Under the pieces are notes generated by a model. The model was not told the origin of the DNA. It searched no databases and saw only the letters and a list, made by a program, of their open reading frames with translations. Below are positions 1 to 39,690 of a stretch of DNA of 39,690 nucleotides, piece by piece (the first letter of the stretch is position 1; each line of letters begins with the position of its first letter). This DNA is from Macrostomum lignano. Taxonomy: Eukaryota. A program made the translations under genes and the position numbers. The DNA is taken from assembly GCA_002269645.1 (NCBI GenBank), contig NIVC01004645.1, forward strand, positions 1 through 39,690. Direction: 5' to 3'.

Positions 1-490
1 GGGTGAGGGAGAGAGGGGTGAGGGAGAGGGGATGAGAGAGAGGGGATGAGAGAGAGAGGGGATGAGAGAGAGGGGATGAGAGAGAGAGAGGGATGAGGGA
101 GAGGGGTGAGCGAGAGAGAGGATGACGGAGAGGGGGTGAGGGAGAGAGGGGTGGGGAGAGAGGGGTGAGGGAGAGGGGATGAGAGAGAGAGGGGATGAGA
201 GAGAGGGATGAGGGAGAGGGATGAGTGAGAGGGGATGAGGGAGAGGGGGTGAGGGAGGGGGTGAGCGAGAGGATGAGGGAGAGGGGATGAGGGAGAGGGG
301 ATGAGGGAGAGGGGATGAGGGAGAGGGATGAGGGAGAGGGATGAGGAGAGGGGGTGAGGGAGAGGGGGGTGAGGGAGAAAGGGGTGAGGGAGAGGGGGGT
401 GACGGAGAGAGGATGAGGGAGAGGGATGAGGGAGAGGGGATGAGGGAAGAGGGGTGAGGGAGAGAGGGGTGAGCGAGAGGGGATGAGGGT
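1..490. repeat. Purine-rich (GAGGGAGAGGGGAT-like) degenerate minisatellite, truncated by window edge
   Basis: Almost purely G/A/T with many G3-G5 runs; G-quadruplex potential. Confidence 0.9.
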
Positions 491-1280
491 GAACCAAGAA
501 AGAGCCGAGACCAGGGCAGCTTGCAGGAGATAAAACAGAGCCCAGCGCCCAGAGACACAGCAAACTGAAAGCAGAAAAGTCAAAGCTGGCTCCTGGAACC
601 GCTGCAGAGGAGCCGGGAGTTTCCGCATTGATTCAGCCAGGCATGGAACTGGCGGAAGTCATCAGCGACTGCCATCTACTATGTGGGGATTATTAAACAT
701 TTATGCCCCAGTCGATACCCAACTGTATCTCCGCTCGCATATATCTGCTTTGTTCATCTGATATTTCCGAGCTGTGCCACAAGGCGAAGAGGAGTTGATT
801 GAGGGGGTGTTGGTGGCAGCCCACCGACTGGCAGATTGACCAGACAGTCAGTCTTAATCCCTGCAGTTGCGCTGTGCAGTCAAGATCGCTGGCTACAGAT
901 TAACAAGTCGTCCTCCCCATCTGCAGCTCTCAATCTCTCCTGGGCTGTAAAGGAACGCCAACCACCCCCTCGGCAACCGGCAAGTCCCGCGGAAATTCCA
1001 GAGTAGAGAATGGAGCAACCCGCTAGGGAGGCTGGCCAGCATTCCGAATCTGCTCATTTCGGATTCGACCGCGCGGGAGCAGTGTGCCGGTTCGAAATCC
1101 CCGGGGAGACGACCCGAGTCTGAGCACCCCAGCTTGGATTGAGAGATAGCCCCGAGTCTGAAGAGCTGCATGCATTTTTTCATTTTCCAACCATGCTTAA
1201 AAACTGATGCGATGCCCTATCCGGGAGTTGACCAATAACTGTATTCCCAACCCATTCTGACTGCAGATTCGACACAACTA

Positions 1281-1736
1281 ACAGTCAAGCGACACAGTCA
1301 AGCGACACAGTCAAGCGACACAGTCAAGCGACACAGTCAAGCGACACAGTCAAGCGACACAGTCAAGCGACACAGTCGAGCGACACAGTCAAGCGACACA
1401 GTCAAGCGACACAGTCAAGCGACACAGTCAAGCGACACAGTCAAGCGACACAGTCAAGCGACACAGTCAAGCGACACAGTCAAGCGACACAGTCAAGCGA
1501 CACAGTCAAGCGACACAGTCAAGCGACACAGTCAAGCGACACATTCAAGCGACACAGTCAAGCGACACAGTCAAGCGACACAGTCAAGCGACACAGTCGA
1601 GCGACACAGTCAAGCGACACAGTCAAGCGACACAGTCAAGCGACACAGTCAAGCGACACAGTCAAGCGACACAGTCAAGCGACACATTCAAGCGACACAG
1701 TCAAGCGACACAGTCAAGCGACACAGTCAAGCGACA
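1281..1736. repeat. 13-bp minisatellite GACACAGTCAAGC, about 35 copies
   Basis: Near-perfect tandem units ending at the ATG of ORF 1736. Confidence 0.95.
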
Positions 1737-2710
1737 TGTCGAACGCCGGAAGGCAGTGGCCGCAGTCTGCAGCAGTCCTGCGCCAGGGCGCCTCCGATTT
1801 CGACTTTTACAGCAACGTCGGAGACGTCGGCAGCGTCGGGTCGGCATACGACTGTGGCTTTGGCGAAAATGTCGACAATTTTGGCGATGGAGATGACTCC
1901 GGCTACACGGAGATCCCCATGGCAACGGTGGCTGCAGATTCGGGTCTTCGAGATCGAATCGCTCGCCTGGTGTTCGGACCGTCCAGGCAGACGCCGCAGC
2001 AGCCTCCGCCGCCGCCTCCGCCGCCACCGTCGCAAAGCAGCCGACGCCGAAGCGGCCCTGGCAACCGCATAGCAACGGGCGGCTTCCCCGGCTACGCGTA
2101 CACCCGCTGGGAATGCCTGCCCTCATCGACGCCGCCGCCGCCCAGGTCGGCGAAGGCGCCATCGGCCGCCTCAGCCTGCGGCAGCCAGCGGACCGTCCGT
2201 TTCCGCTGCCCGCTGGATCCGCACGGGTGTCAAGAGGCGCCGGCAGCTCCATCGGCGGTGGAGAACCGGTGGACAGCCGTGCAGCAGCCGTACTCGACCT
2301 TCTCCGCAGGCGGCTCAATGCCGGCCTTGGGCGAGCGCTCGGCCTCCAGTGGCTACGGATCCGACGTTGACATCGTGAGCGCCGGCGACTTTTACGCGGT
2401 GCGCGAGGAGGACATCGACCGGCTGCTGGTTCCGGCGGCAGCGGCGACTCCGTTGCCCCCCGCGGACCCGGATGTCGATGTGCAGACGCTGGACCTGTCG
2501 GCCTTCTTCCCCTCTCAGCAGCCAGTGGCAGGCAGTGCGGCAACGCAAATCGATGCATTAAAGTCTGTTGAATCAACCCGATGCGGCGGCCTGCTGGTCA
2601 AAAGCAGCCCAAGAGAACGGCGGCAGCATCAAAGCTTTGAGCTGACGGACATGCGCCCAAAGTCGGCTTCTCGGCGTGGCAACGCCAGTCATCGATGCTA
2701 CTATAAGTAG
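1736..2710 (+). CDS. Uncharacterised 324-aa Pro/Ser/Ala-rich protein (single exon or terminal exon)
   Basis: 975-nt open frame with the same GC-rich composition as the filamin exons, dropping abruptly to AT-rich sequence after TAG; no recognisable domain. Confidence 0.6.
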   Translation: MSNAGRQWPQSAAVLRQGASDFDFYSNVGDVGSVGSAYDCGFGENVDNFGDGDDSGYTEIPMATVAADSGLRDRIARLVFGPSRQTPQQPPPPPPPPPSQSSRRRSGPGNRIATGGFPGYAYTRWECLPSSTPPPPRSAKAPSAASACGSQRTVRFRCPLDPHGCQEAPAAPSAVENRWTAVQQPYSTFSAGGSMPALGERSASSGYGSDVDIVSAGDFYAVREEDIDRLLVPAAAATPLPPADPDVDVQTLDLSAFFPSQQPVAGSAATQIDALKSVESTRCGGLLVKSSPRERRQHQSFELTDMRPKSASRRGNASHRCYYK

Positions 2711-4866
2711 GGCCAGACTAAAAAGACTTGTAAATTGAATACACTTCAAATTTGTGTGAATTTTGATAGGAAACCTGCGTATTGGAAAGACAATGACCAA
2801 GGACTTCCGTAGTTTAAGGACGCAAAATTGAAAAAAATGGCGAGGCTTTTTAAATCCACGAAGCTGGAACACAGTCAAGGACAACTAAAAGTTAAATTTA
2901 TTAATCAAAATTAAGGTTCTATAGAGGTTATTACTAGTTTATATATTTTTCTCCAAGTTTATATACTTGCTCCTGTCATAAGGACCACTCAGGCGGGAAG
3001 CTACGAGCGTATTTTTACAGTCTGACTTTTCCGCGACGCTATGACCTACTAGTCAACTTTACCAGTGTAAACTGAGTTTTTTTATATACTTGCCGATAAT
3101 TAAATTTATATGTAACAGTGTGTAATAGAATAGTGTGTAACGACGTTAATCTTATGTGCGCGAAATATTCAATTGCTGCTTGATATTTCAACATCAAAAT
3201 AGTAAATAAATGTAAAATACAACAAATATCATCAATGTAGTTTTGTTGCAAAGAAAGGCATAAAGTAAGGCGGCATTTATTGTTTTTTATTACACATGTT
3301 ATTATATAATACGCGAGGAATTGCGATAAATAAAACCACATATATGTACTAGTTAATCCGTAATATTTAATACTGAGGAAGCCGCGGCATTAAGTGTTAA
3401 TCGTAATAAAAATATTCTTGGCCGTAGCCGAACAGAGAGAGAGACACTCGCCGTAATTTAATCCGCAAAAAAGTGTTAAAACAGAATCTGCTGCTCAATA
3501 GTGCTTCAAGCGCTTTTTCGTATTTATAAGCAATAAATGTAAAATTAAAATTTTATCTAAGCGACCAGCGATTTGGAAAGGTAAAATTTAAGCGAACAAA
3601 CACGCAGGCTAAACAGGAAAGCAGGTTATACATATGTTTTTGTTATATAAATGTGTGGTTGCTTTAGCATCCGGACAAATCCATCGTTTTTAAAAAATAC
3701 AAAACGAACTAACGTACTGCTGCATAAATAAATCCGGAAAATAAAAGAAAATGTACGTCTGTAACAAATCGCGAGGACCTGCATTAGTTTCTAGCCTTAA
3801 AAAAACTTTAATAGCTTCCAGATTTAGCGGTTGAAATAAATTTACTTTGAATGTGCAACTAATTTCAATTGTAACGAGTCTACAAGGCGAGACACCAAGC
3901 GCCAAAACACGAACCAAATTTGAATATGCCAACTTATAACAAAAATACAAAAGAAGTCGCTGCACAACAAACCCCAAACCTGAAAGAGTGGAACTGTTAA
4001 GCTCCCTCAACCGAAATAATTTTTGCTACGCAGACATTATAATTACTGATCATATAGCAAAATGAAACAAGAAAAATCATATAGTCATAACGAATCAATA
4101 TAGTCGAATCGAATACAAACTGAAATTTCACCCGCAGAGAGCAAATTATTTAAAATTAAAATTAAAATTAAAATAAAAAAATTTCCGAGCCATGCGTAAA
4201 ATTGGTAATTACTATACAAGCATCCAGTTAGCTTAACCGAAAGTACATGTTTATAAAAATTTTATGGACTGTACACCATTGCCAGCGAGTAACTTTTATT
4301 TGACTACTGTGAGTAACGTAGTAGGGATTTGAAAAGAAAATTAGAAGCGTGTGGCTAGAAAAATCTAATTAAAAATCTCATTAAAAGCTAGAACTTTATA
4401 TGCAAGTCTTGTAGGCCAGCAGTATTTGCGGATTTGGATGATCATTTGGTACACGACAACAGAAACTTATTTCACATGTATTAATAACTTCTTAAAACAA
4501 TATCTAATTTTATTTATTGGCAAATTATTTTGATTTGATTAACCAATAAATATAACATACCTACCTCGTTAAACATGAGCCAAAAGGAAATCAGTACAAA
4601 TTAGTTTAAAAATCACAATTATAGGCCTGTTTCAAACAATATACATATTTTATTTTACAAATTACGCTCGTATTTCGATCAATATAGGACCAGAAAAATC
4701 AATCCTTAACCTTTTTTAACAGTTAAAATATGTTTCATACTTAAATAACTCGTCCAATTCTTACTAGATTTTGTCTGGCATAGAGATATGAAGTTAAGTA
4801 AATTTGAATAGTTGCAAAACACGTCTGTGGATAGCCGTCTAGGTGTTTCCGTATTGTCTTAATTAC

Positions 4867-4872
4867 TTTATT
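4867..4872 (-). terminator. Candidate filamin polyadenylation signal
   Basis: AATAAA on the minus strand about 290 nt past the stop; region is AT-rich, so chance occurrence is plausible. Confidence 0.25.
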
Positions 4873-5160
4873 GCCTTCGAGTCACTGGCCGTGCCAGTCA
4901 ACAAATCGAGCCTTATGTTACTTTGCAATAAAAACCTCGATTTCTCTGAAGAGTGAAGTTTCGATGCTTTCTATCAAAAAGTCAGACACAGCTGGTAGAC
5001 CCCAAGCATAGCACTATACAATATAAATATGCTCTTACAGGGTGTACAGTGGGCCTGACTAGAACGTTTTTTCAAAAAATAGGCATTACTTACGACTTTC
5101 CATCAGCAACTTTTGAGAATAGGAAAGGCCATTGTAGCCCACAAAAAGCGAGTTAGTCAT

Positions 5161-33232
<28,072 letters not shown>

Positions 33233-34046
33233 GAAAGACTAAAACAAATTTTTTGTACCCAAACTTAAAATTCTATATACTCATGGTATATGACAGTGTT
33301 TTTTTATAAGTTTAAACAGATTGGGATATATTTAACATAAATCATCTAATTATTAATAAATAATTTTATTGCTGTCGTTATCGTTGTCATGTCGTAAAAT
33401 TGCCTTTTTCCAGCTTGCATCCTACGATGTAAAATTTTACTTTTTAACTTTAGCAGCAAATAACGCAAAATCTTTGTGTCGATTTTACAAGATTTCAATA
33501 ACGATACTTAAAAATTACCAATCCATGCCATTAGCTGAAGTTGAAAACTGCTTTTCGGATTTCTACATCTACGGATTTCTATCTGTTTTTTTACTAAACT
33601 CTTATGAAACGATGTTCCGTTGAATTTTCGAATTTTCAAAATTGTTGACAGACTATAGTTAGCATTCTGCGACTTTCTTTCTAGAATTGTCTCAATAAAA
33701 ACATGCCATTTCAATTGGTAATTTACGCACTATACACTGTATTGACACTATACATGTATGAGTGACAACAAACAACAACAAACAACAACAAGCAACAACA
33801 GCAACAGTATTACACGCCACAGGGCACACATGATGTAGACTTGGGGTGGATAAACGACGGCGCAACAGGTCCCTCACTCCATCGACTATGGTTCGCTCAA
33901 TTAATCCAGATAAAATAAATGTGCATAACTAAGTGCTGCTCTAAAAGCCAAATCGCTTACCCATATCCACACAATGTAAGCTTGAGCTAAAACCTATGTT
34001 GAAAGTAACAACTAAGCTAGTAAAATGCAAGCAACTGAGAACTTAC

Positions 34047-34135
34047 CGACATCGCACGTGAATCGAGATCGAGTTCGACTTGATCTACCAACTCCCAGCT
34101 GCACAAGATACCCCTTATAATTCTTACTTTATAAA
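34047..34135 (-). promoter_or_regulatory. Putative filamin 5' UTR exon and TATA-like elements
   Basis: Donor GTAAGT at 34046-34041; an acceptor ttttag (33240-33239) lies 6 nt upstream of the ATG; TATAAG (34114-34119) and TATAAA (34128-34133) on the minus strand. No transcript evidence. Confidence 0.35.
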
Positions 34136-35827
34136 TTAAAAAACATTGACTTTTTATATAAGTAAATTATAGCTTTAGCTGCTCTTTTCGAATCGAGCAT
34201 AAATGTAACTTATCCTATAGATTAAATTCTTCCTCGCCCACTTGCTTGAACCAGGCGCGCAGCCACGGTCACTCGTTCACTCTTTCGCTAACTATACCAT
34301 CGAGCTTGTCGTGGGGGGGGGGGGTTGCTGCCAACCCAAGAGGTCAACGGAGGGGTGGGCTGCGGGGACAGGTAAGATTTGGTACGTTCATTCGCTTTCC
34401 GGATGGAGGCTCTTCTGTAAAAAAGGCCAATCTTGCAATACCATTTCGTTCACCCCCCCCAAACTTCGCAACCATCCCGATTCCAGATCGCTTCAGCAAT
34501 GGACAGGTCTAGGAACTTCTTCCCCTGTCCTACCCCACCCCGACCTAGCGCCCAAATGAGGAGTTTTAGTCAGCGTCTAAGCGCTAGGGAGTCGCGGATC
34601 AATGCAGCTGCGCCCCTGTGGGCTGCAGCCCCATCCCCAGACCCAATCCCTCCGACTTGCCTTCTGCAGTTTACTCGACTGACGGCAAACTGCAAACTGC
34701 AGCGCTGCGCCACGATACAAACACGCTGCTAAACCCCCGCTTCAGACCTTGCGGCCCCTCTTTCCTCTTTCCTCCGTCTTGATCCCCTCCCAGCCGTGTC
34801 AGTAGAAACTGCGACAGAGAGGCCTCCAGCCAGCACCCCACGCCGAGGGACTCCTGCGAGAGAAGGCGAGCCCACCAACGCGCCCGGTACAGTCAAGGCC
34901 TTTGTGCAGGGTGGTGGGGGGCAATAATTTCGCTGACGCTGCATCCGCAACCTCTTAGCATTTACCCATTTTATATAAGATGAATCCCTACACTGAATGC
35001 AGCTGCCTCCGTGTGCGCAAGCAGCGACAGGTCTAGTGCATCGGAGCAAATCCCCAAGCGACACAATTCCCAACCGCAGCGACGCGCAGTGGTGCCGAAT
35101 CAACCGTATTTTCTGACAAATCTTTTCCTTTACAATAACTATTTTCTTACTCGCTTGCTTCCTCTCGGTAAAGAGAAATACCGCTTATCCCAATGTACAA
35201 GTTACAACAGTTTCTGTCTAGTGCAGTACAAAACAAGTCAATGAGGAAAAATGTAAACCTGCAATGCAATTTTTCGATATTTAACGAGCTGCAAAGGACT
35301 TCTTCTGAAATTTCCTGCACTTTAAATTCAATCCTACAAGCATTACGGAACTAATCTATTTATCCCAATCAGATCTTATGTGCATACCCTGCAAGTCGTT
35401 CCTTGATGTGGCGATTAATATTTCCACGAGTACCCCCTGAAGTAGACTGAACTTTCATCTGTCATACTTCAAGTGCTCTTGTCTTTTTTATTAAAGAGGC
35501 GTGGATAAGATCCGTCTCGGATCCATAATGACCCAGACAAAAATCTCAACATGAGTTCAGTTCGACAGCCATGGTCTATCGATTATCAACGAGTATTATA
35601 TGTTAACTTTGGCATTGAAAAAGAATTGCCATATTCTCTGCTCCGTAGACTGTACAGTGTATGTATGTACAATAAACAAAAAGAAGAGCAGAGTGGGGGT
35701 GGAAAACGTACGCCGTACACTGCACCGCACTCACCTGCACTGCGCAACCCTCATTCCCAAGACTCAGAGTAGAGAAAGACATTCTAGCAGTGTACACTTA
35801 GCCCCTCCTCTCTCCCTGCATACCTCG

Positions 35828-35842
35828 GTTGCCATTGCCAAC
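35828..35842 (+). promoter_or_regulatory. X-box-like (RFX) motif upstream of Roadblock
   Basis: GTTGCCATTGCCAAC, about 145 nt upstream of the ATG; one perfect GTTGCC half-site and one imperfect half-site relative to GTTGCCATGGCAAC. Confidence 0.35.
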
Positions 35843-35987
35843 ACCGTCTGGAAGCCCGCCAATTTAAAGAGAACTCTAGCTTTACACATCGAAGCCACAT
35901 ACAGTTCTGCGTGTTGGTACTGAGCAAAGCTTGAACTCGTAGCAGGCATTTTACTGCATTAGTTTGATCTCAGATTAGTAGAAAACT

Positions 35988-36281
35988 ATGACGGACGTCG
36001 ATGAAACGCTGAAGCGAATCCAGAGCCACAAGGGTGTGCAGGGAGTTATCATCTGCAACGAGAGCGGCATCCCGATCAAGACCAACATGGACAACTCGAC
36101 CACCACCCAGTACTGCAGCTCCATGGTTCGCCTGACTGAGCGAGCTCGCAGCGCCGTCCGGGATCTGGACCCGACTAACGATTTGACATTTCTGCGCATC
36201 CGCTCCAAGAAGAACGAGATCATGGTTGCGCCAGAGAATGACTACTTGGTCATTGTCATTCAGCAGGGCGAGAATCTGTGA
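35988..36281 (+). CDS. DYNLRB: Dynein light chain Roadblock-type (LC7), intronless CDS, 97 aa
   Basis: [22 protein letters not shown]...GIPIKT...[38 protein letters not shown] is the canonical Roadblock sequence; intact ATG to TGA. Confidence 0.96.
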   Translation: MTDVDETLKRIQSHKGVQGVIICNESGIPIKTNMDNSTTTQYCSSMVRLTERARSAVRDLDPTNDLTFLRIRSKKNEIMVAPENDYLVIVIQQGENL

Positions 36282-36936
36282 AGCAGAAAGAGATCTTCTT
36301 GCTTCGGTTATAATTTAAACCTTTTTGAACTTTCGCTACTAAAACTTATTCTTTTGCGAAATTTATCGCTGTTGTAATAGTACAAATGTTTGTGATGAAT
36401 GAAATTATTTTTGATTAAGGGGCTCTTGTTTCAATTTTGAGCTCAATTTAAAAACAATGTAGGCTGCATCTTTAGTACCTGCCAGTTATAAGGTGTCGTT
36501 TAGTGCTTCTTTTGCTACATGTTTACAGCATGTCTACTATAGAGCCTATCATTTTGTTTTTGAATTGGTATGTGAATTAACTAATTTGAATACAAAGCTG
36601 AAATAATTTGAAAAGGTTATCAAAGCTTGTTTTTATCCCTTTACTTTCGTATTGTAACGTTCTTCTCTGTTTCACTAATTTAAGAATGAATGTGGTTTTT
36701 TATTTTAAATCAATTTTTAACATCCCTGCGGCCTAAGAGAATGCAGATTGCAGAAGCATGTTTCAAAGAAAGATGTTCCGCTACAATTAGGGAATTTTAA
36801 GGGCTTAATTATTCCTCCATTAGTTTTTATAAGAAATGTTTAATACACGACAAAAGTTGGAGATAGAAGAGAGCGCTTCCTTTTGATCAGCAACGACAAA
36901 ATACACCTTTCGCAGGCCCGAGTGGCCACAATGGCC

Positions 36937-37106
36937 CAAGCGCGGATCCAGAAAATTTTTGAGGGGGGGGCAAGCTATACGAAGCACTACAACCCCATAT
37001 TGGAAAAAAGACCTGGCATAGTAGCAGGCCAAAAAAGTATGATCAAAATTTCTTTGGCCGCGGCTGAGGGGGGGGCATGGCACGCACGCCTTTTGGTACG
37101 CACTTC
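36937..37106. mobile_element. Degenerate hAT-like MITE
   Basis: Begins CAAGCGCGGATCCAGAAAATTTTTGAGGGGGGGG and ends GGGGGGGCATGGCAC...TGGTACGCACTT, an imperfect terminal inverted repeat; no clear target-site duplication. Confidence 0.4.
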
Positions 37107-38854
37107 TTAAAAGTCAGCTCCCTCCGTCAGAGTGAATCAGTACGGGGGCATATCATTTATTTCGCATCCCTCAGAAGCAGCTGAAGCATCTCAGAGGTAG
37201 CGCGTCGTTCGTCCTTGGCCTCATCTCTGCGGCCGTACACAACGGCCTTAACAACAAGCCCTGCGCGGTCGTCTGACTCTCCCGACTGGATGACTTGGCC
37301 AACCAGCTTGATAAAGACTGGGAAATACTGTTAAAGGAATAAAAAACGCTTTGTTTCAATTTGGTAAATTATGCGAAAAGTAATAATTAAAGCTTCAGAG
37401 ATAGGATGGGATTCCCGCGCCGATCCTGATGCTGATTCCGAATCCTGGCATCCCGGAACTTTAATCTTGAATGCCGGCGTTCTGACAAAAATGTGAATTC
37501 CAATGCCACCCGACCTCTAGTCAGCTTTTTGGATCTAGCTCGTACTTTAAGGGAAACTTTTTGAGATTCTGGTCCAATGGTAATTTTCTAATTACATACT
37601 CAGTCTCAGAGTCCAGTTCCATGCAATCACAGATAACTTCTTGATATTTGGAAGCTAGTGTTACGTATATAAGTATAGGTTTTTAAGGAAGAATCAGTGA
37701 TTTCATCTTTCGTTAAAGTTGTTGAGTTTATCCTGATGATAATCTCGATAGCTCATAAAGGCTATAGCTGCAAGTTCGACGTGCATTAAAATTGTACAAC
37801 ATGAATATTAATTTTAAATTTAGCGCATAACTCATTTATTGTAGTTAAACAAAAATAAAAAATAAGTACGTGAATATGTGATAGTATCATGCTATTAAAT
37901 TATTTAGTACTACATTAAATCTTCAACTAGTTTTAATTTTACTTTATAAGTTTCCTATAGACCCAAAATAAAACCTTTTTCACACGAACGCGACTTGCGC
38001 GCTATGAATATCTTTCAACAATGGAGTGGATGGAGTGTAGACTATAGGAAACTAAAGTGTTTGAGCAGGTTACAGATCGACTTAACATTAAGTCCTAAAC
38101 CATGTTAACTTAACCTTGTCAGACAATCAGTACAGTATGGAACAATTTTTTTTCACTTTAGAAACATTTATTTAGCCGAATATTAAATAGGGCCTATTGA
38201 ATTGTCCATTGTCGATATCTCGATAATAAATCATCAAATATTAGTAGGCCCTAACTTTTAATTTTTAGAACTAAGTGTCACGAATGTTACATTATCAATT
38301 AATGGATGACAATTTATATGTCTATTTTAACAAGTGAAGGCATATTCAGGCCTATAATTTATTTGTGCTAGTTGGCTCTGTAGGCCTAATCAAAAAAATT
38401 ACAGTTGTCTATTAATTTTTTTCTGAGTAATGCTCAGGCGTAAGTTAAGTCCCTTGAAATAGCTATCCTTACTGAAAATAGTGTGTATAATAATTTCCAT
38501 AGTCAAAATAATTTAATAAATAGAACTAGGCCTAGACAAATCTGAATTTGTCTCTTTTTATTAGAATATTCATTTGCACCCTGGTTTTTTTATCTAGCAA
38601 ATTTAGGCCCCACCAACCATCAAAAAACATTTTTAGTATATAGATTATTAGACCAAATATATTTTTATCAAATAAATTCTGTATGTCAGATTTAGGCCTA
38701 TCTAGTTTCAAATGTCTAAATTTCAATAGGGCCTAGTCGTATACTAGTCCCATTCCATATTCCAGATCATATAGTATATGCCTGAAAATTTTGGCATGCA
38801 TTAGCCTTGCATGCCAAAAGTAGGACATGCACGTGGCGTGCACTTTATAAAATT

Positions 38855-39395
38855 GGTGTAAATTTACTTTTGTTTGCAAAAAAATTTTTCTTTTAAAATG
38901 GTGCCAATGACATGAAATGACAAATGGGAGTTGTCTATAGCCCATATTAGCCACGTAGAGTTGTTTGGGGCACAAAAATTTGGCTGAGTTTTATTGAGCC
39001 CTCACTATAGTTTGGACTTTATAGACTTCGAGACTCTTCTAATTTGCAAATGGCTGGACAGCCCCCAAGACCATTGTGGATTATGCCACTGAATGAAGTT
39101 CTGCCAGCACAGGCATTGATGGAACTAAATATGAATTCAAGGGATCTGATAGAAGTGACGGCAAGTATTGATGAGACTATGTGGTGGCTTGCTCGTCATG
39201 GACTATTGGCCAACCAATAGACCTGCCCATGTGCCAGGCATACACCAATGAATTTCCAGCACCGCAATGGAGAGGAATTCATTGATGGCTACGCCTGGGA
39301 CTAGTACAGGCCATAGACAACTCCCATTTGTCATTCCGCATCATTGGCACCATTTTAAAAGAAAAAAAATTCACAAACAAAAGTAAATTTACGCC
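38855..39395. mobile_element. Foldback/MITE-like element with about 86-bp inverted arms
   Basis: 38855-38940 is the reverse complement (roughly 85% identity by eye) of 39311-39395, around a 370-bp non-coding core. Confidence 0.6.
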
Positions 39396-39690
39396 ATAAA
39401 ATCATGCAAAAAATTATTATAAAGTAGAAAAAAGATAAAAAAATTCATTTTTAAACATAAATTTAAAGCATTCCAGGTTTTTATCTGTAATAAAGTATTT
39501 AAAACAAATCTTGCTGTATAAATTTTTCACTGGGAATATTATTGCTAAAAAGCAAAAAAATCAACCAAATTATTATTGAAAGGGGTCTATTATGCAATTA
39601 AAAAAGGTCATTTATTTTCATAGTATAAAAAAATAATTTATTATTCACAACACCGATGCAGTCTTGAGAATGGCATGCATTTGTAATGAT

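Noticed and set aside
1030-1110. tRNA or SINE (GGTTCGAAATCC at 1089-1100)
   Set aside because: B-box only; no convincing A-box or cloverleaf.
1736-2710. Period (PER) homologue because of SSGYGS
   Set aside because: No PAS domains or other PER features; a 6-residue match is insufficient.
38186-38736. About eight AGGCC/TAGGCCTA-type motifs in AT-rich DNA
   Set aside because: Irregular spacing and no associated structure; cannot be distinguished from local compositional bias without genome-wide counts.
36820-38975. Short ORFs in the 3' AT-rich region (and likewise 2573-5156)
   Set aside because: No homology, atypical codon composition relative to the real genes, and overlap with repeats.

Overview
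Animal (eukaryotic) genomic DNA with GC-rich exons and AT-rich or repeat-filled introns. The style suggests a free-living flatworm such as Macrostomum, but that is inference and cannot be proven from the sequence. The window is dominated by a minus-strand filamin gene that I reconstructed by hand: 19 coding exons from 33232 to 5161, all GT-AG and phase-consistent, about 2100 aa, 2 CH domains plus 18 Ig repeats. It carries four apparent 1-bp deletions that look like long-read errors. Also present: an intronless dynein light chain Roadblock gene (35988-36281, +) head-to-head with filamin; a 324-aa orphan ORF (1736-2710, +); an intronless, heavily disrupted neprilysin/M13-like pseudogene nested in filamin intron 6 (22077-24219, -) that the ORF track does not reveal; a tRNA-derived CORE-type SINE; and two MITE-like elements. 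The most striking structure is that 15 of the 18 coding-region filamin introns hold tandem arrays, and the ten intronic minisatellites each have a unit found nowhere else in the window. Subtracting the arrays collapses many introns to about 80-200 bp. A 27-bp array inside the pseudogene is an in-frame amplification of a conserved neprilysin motif, which strongly suggests such arrays arise in place from single-copy sequence. No CRISPR, rRNA or intact tRNA was found. All homology calls come from my own translation and remembered family motifs, not from database searches.
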